Shown here one piece after another: positions 1 through 8,423 of a stretch of 23,364 bases of DNA (positions are counted from its first letter, which is position 1; the number at the start of each line of letters is the position of its first letter). The DNA is from an uncultured Janthinobacterium sp. (GTDB lineage: Bacteria; Vulcanimicrobiota; Vulcanimicrobiia; Vulcanimicrobiales; Vulcanimicrobiaceae). Both the position numbers and the translations under genes were made by a program. The stretch lies in contig CAZZXB010000023.1 in assembly GCA_964658025.1 (NCBI GenBank), forward strand, positions 1 through 23,364, written 5' to 3'. The notes beneath the pieces were generated by a model. That model saw only the letters and a list, made by a program, of their open reading frames with translations, ran no database searches and had not been told where the DNA came from.

Positions 1-98
1 GGAAGCGTCGACGGAAGCGTCGTCGGGAGCCCGGAGGGCAGCGCGGTCGGCTTCCCCGACGGAAGCGACGTCGGCAGGCCCGAGGGAAGCGTGCTCGG
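1..98 (-). repeat. Degenerate 12-bp coding tandem repeat (P-x-x-L units: PSTL PSGL PTSL PSGK PTAL PSGL PTTL PSTL)
   Basis: Direct translation of the minus strand at 98-3; plus strand shows recurring ggaagcgtcg/cggaagcga units. Confidence 0.85.
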
Positions 99-767
99 CG
101 CGCTCGTCGGGGTCGCCGTCGCGGCGACGATCGGCGAGCCGGAGCCGTTCGTCGACACGGTCAGTTGCACCGATGCGGAGTGACCGCTCGAATCGTCGAC
201 CGTGATCGTCGCCGTCCCGAGCGACGCGCCCGTGATCGTGAACGCACCGGAACCCGACGGCGAAACCGTGAGGATATTCGAGTTCGACGAAAACGCCGAA
301 AAGGTGCCCGTGTATCCGGATTCGCTCGGAGCGAGCGAACGGGTCTCGTGCAGGCCGAGCGGCGCCGTCGACAGCGTTCCGAATAAGATCGGCGAGACGG
401 AGATCGGAACCGAGATCGAGTTGCCGTTCGCGTCGCTCACCGTTACCGTCGTTACGCCGTACTTCAACGCGTGTGCGGTGAACGGTCCGGGGCCGGACGT
501 CGGAGCGATCGACATCACGCTCGGTGACGAACTCGTCGCCGTGAACGTCCCCGCGTAGCCGACTTCCGCCGGTTGGAAGACGCGCGACTCCGCGATCGCC
601 ATCGGCGCCGCCGACGCCGTACCGAACGTGATCGCGTGCGCCGTCGTGCCGCTCGTCGAGCCGCCGGGAACGAGCGCGGAACCGCCGGTGCTTCCGCCGC
701 CGCCGCAACCGGCGAGGCTCAATCCGATGATGCAGAGCGAGCCGAGCGCCCGCACGTGTAGAGACAT
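1..767 (-). CDS. Secreted lipoprotein (partial, runs off left edge) with two ~80-aa Ig-like/beta-rich repeats and a PxxL tetrapeptide linker
   Basis: Hand translation from ATG at 767 (SD GGAGGA at 774-779 on minus): MSLHVRALGSLCIIGLSLAGCGGGGS... with lipobox LAG-C; open to the window edge; absent from the ORF track because no stop is reached. Confidence 0.88.
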   Translation of the reverse strand, partial: MSLHVRALGSLCIIGLSLAGCGGGGSTGGSALVPGGSTSGTTAHAITFGTASAAPMAIAESRVFQPAEVGYAGTFTATSSSPSVMSIAPTSGPGPFTAHALKYGVTTVTVSDANGNSISVPISVSPILFGTLSTAPLGLHETRSLAPSESGYTGTFSAFSSNSNILTVSPSGSGAFTITGASLGTATITVDDSSGHSASVQLTVSTNGSGSPIVAATATPTSAPSTLPSGLPTSLPSGKPTALPSGLPTTLPSTL

Positions 768-822
768 CGCGCTTCCTCCATGAAGCCGCGGCATCGTCGT
801 GCGACGCCGACCGAGTAAAGCA

Positions 823-856
823 ATAACGCCCCTGTATCCGGTATTTCGGGCGTTAT
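823..856 (-). terminator. Inverted repeat downstream of polX; probable intrinsic terminator (or operator for the lipoprotein gene)
   Basis: ATAACGCCC (823-831) / GGGCGTTAT (848-856), 16-nt spacer; on the minus strand it ends in TTATTGCTTT; about 30 nt after the polX stop. Confidence 0.5.
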
Positions 857-884
857 GCGCTTCGGTAAACGACTGTGAGAGCGC

Positions 885-2621
885 TTACGCGCGCGCGCCG
901 CGTTTCGCCGCGACGAATGCGAGCACGTCCACGAGCGGACGAGCGTTGAGCACTTCGCCCGATGTGATCCAGGCCCGTCTCGCCTGTCCGACGGCGTAGG
1001 CGACGTTCTCGAGATGGTCGATCGCGTGAGCGTCGCTATCGAGCGAGAACGTGACGCCGAACGCACGCGCGCGCCGCGCGAGCCCGCTCGGGAGATCGAG
1101 ACGCGCGGGTTGTCCGTCGATCTCGAGCGCGGTGCCGGTGCGCGCGGCCGCGGCGAACACCGCGTCGTAATCGAATTCGTATCCCGGGAACGTCCCGACG
1201 TTGCGGCCGGTCGGATGGCCGATGATCGTGACGTACGGATTCTCGCACGCGCGCACGATGCGCGCGGTCATCGCCTCGCGCGAGATGTTCGTCGCGTCGT
1301 GAACGCTCGCGACGACGATGTCGAGTTCGGCGAGCACGTCGCCCGGATAATCGAGACTCCCGTCGACCAGGATGTCGACTTCGGCCGAGCAGAGCGTGCG
1401 GATCCCGTGCTTGTCGCCGAGCGCCCGGATCTTCTCGCGCTGCGCGCGCAGATCGTTCGGATCGAGTCCGACGCCGCGTCGTCCCCACGAGTGATCGGAG
1501 ATCGAATGGTACGCATACCCGCGCGCTTTCGCCGCGGCGATCATCCCTTCGAGCGGATCCTTCCCGTCGCTCCACGTGCAGTGCATGTGGAAGTCGCCGA
1601 GCAGATCGCCGAGATCGACGGGCGTCGGCAGTTCGCCCGCGCGGGCCGCGTCGAGTTCGCCGACGCCGAGTCGCATCTCCGGCGGGATGTACGGCAGGCC
1701 GAGCGCGTCGTAGACGTCCGCTTCGGTCCGGCACGTGCGGTTCGCGCCCGTCGCGACGTCGAGCACGCCGTTCTCGCTCACGCGCAGTCCCTTGCGCACC
1801 GCGTACTCGCGGAGCTGGATGTTGTGCTCGCGCGAACCCGTGAAGTGCTGAAGTAAATTGCCGAAGACCTCGACGGGAAGGACGCGGAGATCGATCTGCA
1901 AGCCGTTCTCGACCCAGATCGAGGCCTTCGTCACGCCCTCGGCGAGGACGGCCTGCGCGCGCTCCCACTTCACGAAGCGCGCGATCACGTCGCCCGGTTC
2001 GCGCGACGTGCAGACGATGTCGATGTCGCCGACCGTCACCTCCGCGCGGCGCAGGCTTCCCGCGATCGTGAGATTTTCGGCGGCGCCGCCCTCGGCGAGA
2101 TACGCGACGATCGTGCGCGCGAGGGGCAGCGCGCGGCCGATCGGTGTCCGCGTCCGCCGACCCTTGTAGGCGAGGACGCCGCGCTTGATGTTCTCGAGCG
2201 ATTTCGTTCCGAGGCGCGGTACGCTCGCGAGCGCGCCCGATTCGAGCGCGCGCTCGAGATCGGCGAGCGAGGCGATGCCGTGATCCGCGAAGAGCGCCTG
2301 TGCCGTCTTCATGCCGATCCCGTGCACGCCGAGGACCTCGATGAGGCTCGGCGGATAGCGCGTCGCGAGCTCGTCGTAATACGCGCTCCTGCCCGTTTCG
2401 GCGAGTTCGACCACGCGCGCGGCGATCGTCTTGCCGATCCCCGGGAGCTTCGCGAGCCCGCCGTCGGCGACGAGCGCCGCGACCGGCGGCGCGTTCTCGA
2501 GCGTCTCCGCGGCGCGCTCGTAGGCCATGAACTTGAAGAACGGCTCGCCCGAGAATTCCATCAGGAGGCGGATCTCGCGCAACGTCCCCGCGATCTGGCT
2601 ATTCGTCAACGAGGCACTCAC
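885..2621 (-). CDS. polX: DNA polymerase X family with C-terminal PHP domain
   Basis: HhH motifs (LPGIGK, VHGIGMK, VPRLGTK), GSLRR...GDIDI catalytic DxD, QIDLR third Asp, HFTGS motif; PHP motifs DFHMH, SDHS, GHP, DSDAH. Confidence 0.96.
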   Translation of the reverse strand: MSASLTNSQIAGTLREIRLLMEFSGEPFFKFMAYERAAETLENAPPVAALVADGGLAKLPGIGKTIAARVVELAETGRSAYYDELATRYPPSLIEVLGVHGIGMKTAQALFADHGIASLADLERALESGALASVPRLGTKSLENIKRGVLAYKGRRTRTPIGRALPLARTIVAYLAEGGAAENLTIAGSLRRAEVTVGDIDIVCTSREPGDVIARFVKWERAQAVLAEGVTKASIWVENGLQIDLRVLPVEVFGNLLQHFTGSREHNIQLREYAVRKGLRVSENGVLDVATGANRTCRTEADVYDALGLPYIPPEMRLGVGELDAARAGELPTPVDLGDLLGDFHMHCTWSDGKDPLEGMIAAAKARGYAYHSISDHSWGRRGVGLDPNDLRAQREKIRALGDKHGIRTLCSAEVDILVDGSLDYPGDVLAELDIVVASVHDATNISREAMTARIVRACENPYVTIIGHPTGRNVGTFPGYEFDYDAVFAAAARTGTALEIDGQPARLDLPSGLARRARAFGVTFSLDSDAHAIDHLENVAYAVGQARRAWITSGEVLNARPLVDVLAFVAAKRGARA

Positions 2622-2659
2622 GAGAGGACGACCATTCGTCGAATCCGTACGAACGTCCC

Positions 2660-3766
2660 ATGCTGCGCGTCCGGCGCTTGGATCCGAGCGTCTTCAACCT
2701 CCCCGTCGAAAAGATGCGTGCCGGATATTATTCCGACACCTACTTCAATCGCACGCGCGAGATCCTCGAACGGGACGGCCGCGCCCAACGCGTCCGCATG
2801 CAGGTGTTCCAGCGCCATCGCGCCGTGCTCTGCGGCATCGACGAAGCGCTCGCGATCCTGCGCCAATGCACGGGGCACACGATCGACGGCGCGTGGCACG
2901 ATGGGTGGAACGACCTCGACGTCCGCGCGCTCCACGACGGCGACGAGATCGACCCGTTCGAGACGGTGCTCACGATCGAGGGCGACTACACGCTCTTCGC
3001 GCATCTCGAGACGTGTTATCTCGGCGTCCTCTCGCGTCGGACCCGCATCGCGACGAACGCGCGCGAGATCGTCACCGCTGCGGAAGGTAAGGACGTGTTG
3101 TTCTTCCCGGCACGCTTCGATCACCACCAGATGCAGACGGGCGACGGCTACGCCGCGTACATCTCGGGCGCGCTCGGCGTCTCGACCGACGCGAACGCCG
3201 AATGGTGGGGTTCGCGCGGGATGGGTACCGTCCCGCACGCGCTGATCGCGGCGTACGGCGGCGATACCGTCCTCGCGACGCAGAAGTTCGCCGAATACAT
3301 CGATCCCGACGTCCATCTCATCTCGCTCGTCGATTTCGAGAACGACTGCGTCGGGACGACGCTCGCGGTCGCGCGCGCGCTCGGCAAGCGGCTGTGGGGC
3401 GTGCGGCTCGACACGTCGGGGACGCTCGTCGACAAATCGCTCTGGTCCGAGATGGGGACGTTCTCGCCGACGGGCGTCGTGCCGCAACTCGTGCGCAACG
3501 TCCGCGCCGCGCTCGACGGCGAGGGCTTTACGGGCGTGAAGATCGTGGCCAGCGGCGGGTTCGACGCGCGCAAGATCCGCGCGTTCGAAGCGGAGGACGT
3601 TCCGGTCGACGCCTACGCCGTCGGCAGCGCGTTCTTCGCGGGGACCGGGCGCTACGATTACACGGCCGACATCGTCGCGATCGAACGCGACGGCCGTTTC
3701 GTCGAATGCCATAAGGTCGGGCGCGCGGAGCGTCCGAGCGCCCGCCTCACGCGCGTTCTCGCGTGA
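2660..3766 (+). CDS. pncB: Nicotinate phosphoribosyltransferase (type II PRTase, NAPRTase/QAPRTase fold)
   Basis: YYSDTYF N-terminus, GTVPHALIA (phospho-His motif), LVDFENDC, GVRLDTS, KIVASGGF, AVGS motifs. Substrate (nicotinate vs quinolinate) is inferred. Confidence 0.85.
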   Translation: MLRVRRLDPSVFNLPVEKMRAGYYSDTYFNRTREILERDGRAQRVRMQVFQRHRAVLCGIDEALAILRQCTGHTIDGAWHDGWNDLDVRALHDGDEIDPFETVLTIEGDYTLFAHLETCYLGVLSRRTRIATNAREIVTAAEGKDVLFFPARFDHHQMQTGDGYAAYISGALGVSTDANAEWWGSRGMGTVPHALIAAYGGDTVLATQKFAEYIDPDVHLISLVDFENDCVGTTLAVARALGKRLWGVRLDTSGTLVDKSLWSEMGTFSPTGVVPQLVRNVRAALDGEGFTGVKIVASGGFDARKIRAFEAEDVPVDAYAVGSAFFAGTGRYDYTADIVAIERDGRFVECHKVGRAERPSARLTRVLA

Positions 3767-4323
3767 TCGTCGTCCGCGCGCTCGGCGCGACCTTCGCCGA
3801 TCCCCGCGGCGACGTCGTCGGCCCGTTCGACGCGGTGGTGCACGGCGGCACGCGCTTCGCGATCGACGCGCCGACGACGCGCGCGGCGTCGATCGCCGCG
3901 CGCATGTTCGCCGGAATCGTGAAGCCGACGACGGGCACGATCTACGTCGGCGACTTCGATACGCGCCTCCAGCCGCCCGAGGCGAAGCGACGTTGCGGAT
4001 TCGTCGACGCGCGTGGTTTCCTCGGCGACCGTCACGCCTTCGCGTGCGAGGCCGCCTTCCGCGCGGAGGTCTGGGGTCTCGACGTCGCGGAAACGCGCGC
4101 GCGGGCCGACGCGATACTCGAACGCTTCGGCGATCCGCTCGATCCCTACGCGCGCGCCGTCGCGCTCGCGCTCGCGCCGGGCGTCACGTTCGCGGTGCTC
4201 GATCAGCCGTCGGAGGCGACGACCGATACCGTCGCGGAAGCGTTTCCGCAGATCGCGGTCATCGCGACGCACGTCGGCGCGCGCGTCGCGAGCATCGACG
4301 TGGCGAACGCGATCTTAGCGTGA
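3763..4323 (+). CDS. Degenerate ABC-ATPase-like protein (no intact Walker A or signature motif)
   Basis: GTGA overlap with the pncB stop; ARMFAGIVKPTTGTIYVGD resembles the segment after Walker A; FAVLDQP resembles Walker B; VIATH resembles the H-loop. Confidence 0.75.
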   Translation: MIVVRALGATFADPRGDVVGPFDAVVHGGTRFAIDAPTTRAASIAARMFAGIVKPTTGTIYVGDFDTRLQPPEAKRRCGFVDARGFLGDRHAFACEAAFRAEVWGLDVAETRARADAILERFGDPLDPYARAVALALAPGVTFAVLDQPSEATTDTVAEAFPQIAVIATHVGARVASIDVANAILA

Positions 4324-4952
4324 ACGGTCTCCGCGCGTCGAGCGCGATCGTGCGGCGCGGCATCGATCGCCGATTCGCGGCGGACTGGGCGATCGCGTTC
4401 GCGATCCTCGCGACGATCGTCACGATCTTCGCGCCGCTTCTCGACCGTGAGGGCTTCACGCGCGTGACGATCGCGTTCGCGGTGTTGCCGATCGCGGGCG
4501 GCATCGAAACGCGACAGGCCGCGAAGATGCGCGGCACGTCGTACTTCGCGATGCCGTTATTCGGTCGTCAACTCGCGCGCGCGCTCGCGGTCGCGCCGAT
4601 GCTCGCCTCGCTCGCCGGCCCGCTCGGATTCGCGCTCGGCCTCGCGCTTCGCGGCGCACCGCTTTCGGCCGACCTGTTCGTATCGATGCTCTTCGCGAAC
4701 GTGGCCGGATCGCTCGTCGCGCTTTCCGCCGTTTTCCGAGACGGCCCGCGCGCGTGGCTCTACATGTTCCTCACCGCCTCGACCGGATCGGTCGTCGGCC
4801 TTCCGTATCTCCTCCACGACGGCGGCGACCTCGCCTGGAGCGGGGCGATCGCAGCCGCGATCGGCTTCCTCGCGCTGCGCGCCTTCGGCGAGACGCTCGC
4901 ACGTTACGATCCGTTGCCGGAAACCGTGCGAGGCGGAATCGCTCCGCAGTAG
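4320..4952 (+). CDS. Multi-pass membrane protein, ABC-2 permease-like
   Basis: Start reassigned to GTG 4320 (GTGA overlap, in frame with the 3993..4952 ORF); about 6 hydrophobic segments; YFAMPLFGRQL resembles the ABC-2 'LPxsR' loop. Confidence 0.75.
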   Translation: MNGLRASSAIVRRGIDRRFAADWAIAFAILATIVTIFAPLLDREGFTRVTIAFAVLPIAGGIETRQAAKMRGTSYFAMPLFGRQLARALAVAPMLASLAGPLGFALGLALRGAPLSADLFVSMLFANVAGSLVALSAVFRDGPRAWLYMFLTASTGSVVGLPYLLHDGGDLAWSGAIAAAIGFLALRAFGETLARYDPLPETVRGGIAPQ

Positions 4953-5082
4953 ACGAGCCCTTCGCGTCCCGGACGGCGGGTCCGTGCCGACGACGTGCGA
5001 GACCGAGATCGCGTCGGCGTGCCCGAGCGGCGTTCCGTGCGCGTACGCGATCGAATCGTGAACGCGATCGGCGCGCTCTCCG

Positions 5083-5646
5083 TTAAACCGGTTGCGTCAC
5101 CGCGGCGGCGAGCTTCTCCACCATCGCACGGTTGAAGAGGATGATGTCGGCGATGCCGCGGGTCGTGATCCAGTGGCCGTCTTGGACGGTCGGCTGATCG
5201 CGAAAGAGACCGCCGGCGTTACGGATGTCGTCGGAGATCGAGGGGGAGCCCGTCATCGTGCGGCCGCGGACGACTTGGGCCGAGATCAGGACGTGCGCGC
5301 CGTGGCCGATCGAGAACGTCGGCTTTTTCGCCGTGTCGAATTCCTTGACGAAGCGTTGCACTTCGCGGTTCGCGCGGATGCGGTCGGGCGAGAGTCCGCC
5401 CGGAATGAGGAGCGCGTCGAAATCCTCGGCCGTACAGTCGGCGACGACTTCCTCGGCGACCGCCGGTTGACCGTCGTCGAGCCCGCGCTTACCGCGGATC
5501 CGTTGCGTCGCTTTGTCGTCGACGCCGACGATCGTCACGATCGCGCCCTGCTCCTCGAGCACCCGGCGGGGCTCCGCGAGCTCCGCCTCTTCGAAACCGT
5601 CGCCGATCAACGCGGCGATCCGTTTCCCTTCGATTCCTGATTGCAT
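5083..5646 (-). CDS. PfpI/DJ-1 (YhbO-like) family protein with nucleophile Cys replaced by Gly
   Basis: GFEEAEL, FDALLIPGG, GRTMT, DGHWITTRG motifs; SIGHG at the position of the canonical AICHG. Confidence 0.92.
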   Translation of the reverse strand: MQSGIEGKRIAALIGDGFEEAELAEPRRVLEEQGAIVTIVGVDDKATQRIRGKRGLDDGQPAVAEEVVADCTAEDFDALLIPGGLSPDRIRANREVQRFVKEFDTAKKPTFSIGHGAHVLISAQVVRGRTMTGSPSISDDIRNAGGLFRDQPTVQDGHWITTRGIADIILFNRAMVEKLAAAVTQPV

Positions 5647-5709
5647 GATGCGCTTCTGGTTCCCGAGCCCCGGGCGGCGTTCCCGTGCGGACCGCCGCCC
5701 GAGATCGCC

Positions 5710-6792
5710 CTACCGATGTTCGAAGGCGCGGATCGGGATCGCGACGGGCGAACGGAGGCGCGACGTCGCGGTCGCGTACGAACAGGTCGCGGCGGGCGGG
5801 GTCGGCGTCGCCGTGGTGCTCTGCGCCAGAAACGCCGCCGCGAACGCGGCATATCCCGCGTCGTTGGGATGGAAGCCGTCGGCGAGCGGTCCGGGATAGA
5901 AGTTCGATTTGAGGTACGACGCCGCGTTGCAGAGCAGGTCGACGACGGGGACCCCGAAGGCCGTCGCCTTGTTGATCACGTTCTGATCGATGCCGACGGA
6001 GACCGCCGCGAGCGCTTGACCCGCCGTCGGATTCGTTTGGGAGATCTCGATGCCGATCGGAATCTGCGAGAAGTTCGGCAGGTTCGCGACGACGATGTAC
6101 GCGTTCGGCGCCTTGGAATGGATCTGCGCCACGAGACTCTCGAAGTCGTTCCCGAAGTTCGTGATCCACGTCGTGATGAACGCCGTCTGCGAGGCCGTCG
6201 TCGTTCCGCCCGCGCCGCACGCCAGCGCGTTCACGATGCCGTTCGTATCGTTGCCGCCTGCGAATACCGTCACGAACGTGGCGGTCGCGGGCACGTTCGG
6301 GAGCTCGTTCGTGATGAAGTCCGCCGGGACGGCGTCGGCCGCCGTGCGCGGCTGACACGGGGTCGCGCCGCTCGCCGAAGCGTACATGTTGGTCAACGTT
6401 TTGATATCGGGGCCGAGCACGGCGCCCGAGATGCCGAGATCGTCGAGCACGAGCGACGCGCCCTTCGCCTTGGCGTACGAGGCGCCGAGTAGCGGAACGT
6501 ACCCCGTCCCGCCGGGGCACGTCGGGACGGCGACGGTGGGAGGGTTCGCGCAGGGCACCGAGGCGTTGTAGCCCACCGCATCGCTCGCGCCCACGGCCGT
6601 ATACTGCACGGCGGCGATCGTCGGCGTCGCGGTCGGCGTGGGCTTTGCGGTCGGCGTCGCGCTCGCCGATCCCGAGGGCGTCGGCGACCCGCCGAGGACG
6701 GGGACGGATTTCGTATCGCTGCAGGCGACGAGCGTCGCGGCGACGGCGACGAGCGCGGCCGTAAAGCCGCGACGGATGAAGGTGGGTCTCAC
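5710..6792 (-). CDS. SGNH/GDSL hydrolase lipoprotein
   Basis: IRRGF...LVAC signal/lipobox, PT-rich linker, block I VGASDAVG, block II LGISGA, block III GGND, block V DGFHPN; GTG start overlaps the upstream TGA. Confidence 0.9.
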   Translation of the reverse strand: MRPTFIRRGFTAALVAVAATLVACSDTKSVPVLGGSPTPSGSASATPTAKPTPTATPTIAAVQYTAVGASDAVGYNASVPCANPPTVAVPTCPGGTGYVPLLGASYAKAKGASLVLDDLGISGAVLGPDIKTLTNMYASASGATPCQPRTAADAVPADFITNELPNVPATATFVTVFAGGNDTNGIVNALACGAGGTTTASQTAFITTWITNFGNDFESLVAQIHSKAPNAYIVVANLPNFSQIPIGIEISQTNPTAGQALAAVSVGIDQNVINKATAFGVPVVDLLCNAASYLKSNFYPGPLADGFHPNDAGYAAFAAAFLAQSTTATPTPPAATCSYATATSRLRSPVAIPIRAFEHR

Positions 6793-7325
6793 AGGCGTCC
6801 TCCGGTCGATTGAACCGCGGCCCGCAAGAGATACGCGAGCTCGAGTTCCAAAATGCCGAGCGGATCCAAAACGGCATCCGTCGCGAGCGATTTGAGCGTT
6901 GGGTTCCGCACGAGCATGTCGCGTTCCGGTACGGCGTGACGCGGATTGATCTCGCGCATGTAGATCCTCGCGTCGTGTCGGACTTGCCCCGGGGGCAGGA
7001 AGTAGAGCGGATCGAGGCCGAGCGCGTAGACCTCGAGCGAGAGGAAATTCGCCTGCTGCAAGAACTCGATCGCCCGAAGTTTGAGCGCCGTAGCAATCCG
7101 CGCGAGCTCGGGGACGGTCACCCGTGACTCACCCGCGAGGATTCGCGCGTAACGGGTATGTTCGAGTCGAGCGGCATCGGCAAACGATGCGGGCTCGAGA
7201 CCGCGCCCCCGAACGAGGTCCGCGAGTCTCGCGCCGAATACGGACCCACCGGCCGTCCCCGTCGTCCCGTCCCAGACGGCATCGGTCGCCGTCGACACAC
7301 CAGTCTCGCGATCGGAGTCATCCAT
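6789..7325 (-). CDS. XRE/Cro-type helix-turn-helix protein with uncharacterised C-terminal region
   Basis: Start reassigned to ATG 7325 (GTG 7328 or a later GTG possible); FGARLADLVRGRGLEPASFADAARLEHTRYARILAGESRVTVPELARIATAL fits an XRE HTH. Confidence 0.78.
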   Translation of the reverse strand: MDDSDRETGVSTATDAVWDGTTGTAGGSVFGARLADLVRGRGLEPASFADAARLEHTRYARILAGESRVTVPELARIATALKLRAIEFLQQANFLSLEVYALGLDPLYFLPPGQVRHDARIYMREINPRHAVPERDMLVRNPTLKSLATDAVLDPLGILELELAYLLRAAVQSTGGRL

Positions 7326-7349
7326 CACAGTAATCGAGCACGTTCGCTG

Positions 7350-8423
7350 ATGTCGGCCGACACGCCCGCGGCGCGCGAAATCGAAGCGCGCAAATCCCGC
7401 CACCTCGATATCTGCCTGCAAGAAGACGTCGCCTCGCATCTCGACGCCGGATTCTCGCGCGTCTCGTTGCGACACGAGGCGTTGCCGGAATGCGCGCTCG
7501 AAGACGTGGACTGCTCGGGCTCGCTCCTCGGCTATCCGCTCGCCGCGCCGCTGATCGTCTCGTCGATGACGGGCGGAACCGAGCGCGCGCGCGAGATCAA
7601 CCGCAACCTCGCGATCGCGGCCGAAGCCGCGGGCGTGGCGCTCGCGCTCGGCAGCCAACGCGCCGCGCTCGCCGATCCCTCGCTGCTCGGGACGTACCAC
7701 GTGCGCGACGTCGCGCCGCGTCTCGTGCTCTTCGCGAATCTCGGCGCCGTGCAATTCAATTACGGCGTGAGCGTCGACGACGTGCGCCGCGCGATCGCCG
7801 ACGTCGGCGCGAACGGGCTCTACCTCCATCTCAACCCGTTACAGGAAGCGCTACAGGTACGCGGCGACACGAACTTCCGCGATCTCTTGCGACCGATCGG
7901 CGCGCTCTGTCGCGCGCTCGAACTCCCCGTGATCGCGAAGAGCGTCGGCTCCGGCATCTCCGTCCGCACGGCGGGACGGCTGCTCGACGCGGGCGTCTCC
8001 GCGATCGACGTCGCGGGCGCGGGCGGCACGTCGTGGGCGCGCGTCGAGGGCCGACGCGCGGGCGATCCCGAGCACGAGGCGCTCGCGGAGGCGTTCGCCG
8101 CGTGGGGCTATCCGACGGTCGACGCGTGCGTGGCGATTCGCGCGGCGTTCCCGCATGCGGTCGTCATCGCGAGCGGCGGCGTGCGGACGGGCGTCGACGT
8201 CGCGAAGTCGCTCGCGATCGGCGCGAACGCCGCGGCCGCCGCGCTGCCGTTTCTCGAACCCGCGACGATTTCGGCCGACGCCGTGCTCCGCCGGATCGAA
8301 CGCACGATCGCGGCGCTGCGCATCGCGATGTTCGCGTCGGGGACGCGGCGCGTCGGCGAGTTACCGGGCGCGCTTCAGACGCGCGGATCGCGCGAGACGC
8401 TGATGGTCGAACCCTCGATCTGA
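7350..8423 (+). CDS. fni: Type 2 isopentenyl-diphosphate delta-isomerase (FMN-dependent)
   Basis: RKSRHL, SMTGG, GSQR, NLGAVQ, HLNPLQE, GAGGTSW, SGGVR motifs; start reassigned to ATG 7350. Confidence 0.95.
   Translation: MSADTPAAREIEARKSRHLDICLQEDVASHLDAGFSRVSLRHEALPECALEDVDCSGSLLGYPLAAPLIVSSMTGGTERAREINRNLAIAAEAAGVALALGSQRAALADPSLLGTYHVRDVAPRLVLFANLGAVQFNYGVSVDDVRRAIADVGANGLYLHLNPLQEALQVRGDTNFRDLLRPIGALCRALELPVIAKSVGSGISVRTAGRLLDAGVSAIDVAGAGGTSWARVEGRRAGDPEHEALAEAFAAWGYPTVDACVAIRAAFPHAVVIASGGVRTGVDVAKSLAIGANAAAAALPFLEPATISADAVLRRIERTIAALRIAMFASGTRRVGELPGALQTRGSRETLMVEPSI

Noticed and set aside
1..98. Possible CRISPR or non-coding repeat array
   Set aside because: Units are 12 bp, degenerate at wobble positions, in frame and without spacers, so this is a coding repeat.
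165..761. Plus-strand ORFs 165-386, 202-558 and 573-761
   Set aside because: Antisense to the lipoprotein gene, which has an SD, lipobox and internal repeats.
885..2621. Possible catalytically altered PolX or a defence-associated PolX-NAD module
   Set aside because: All three polymerase aspartates and the PHP metal ligands look intact; there are no defence or mobile genes nearby, and the pairing with pncB is only positional.
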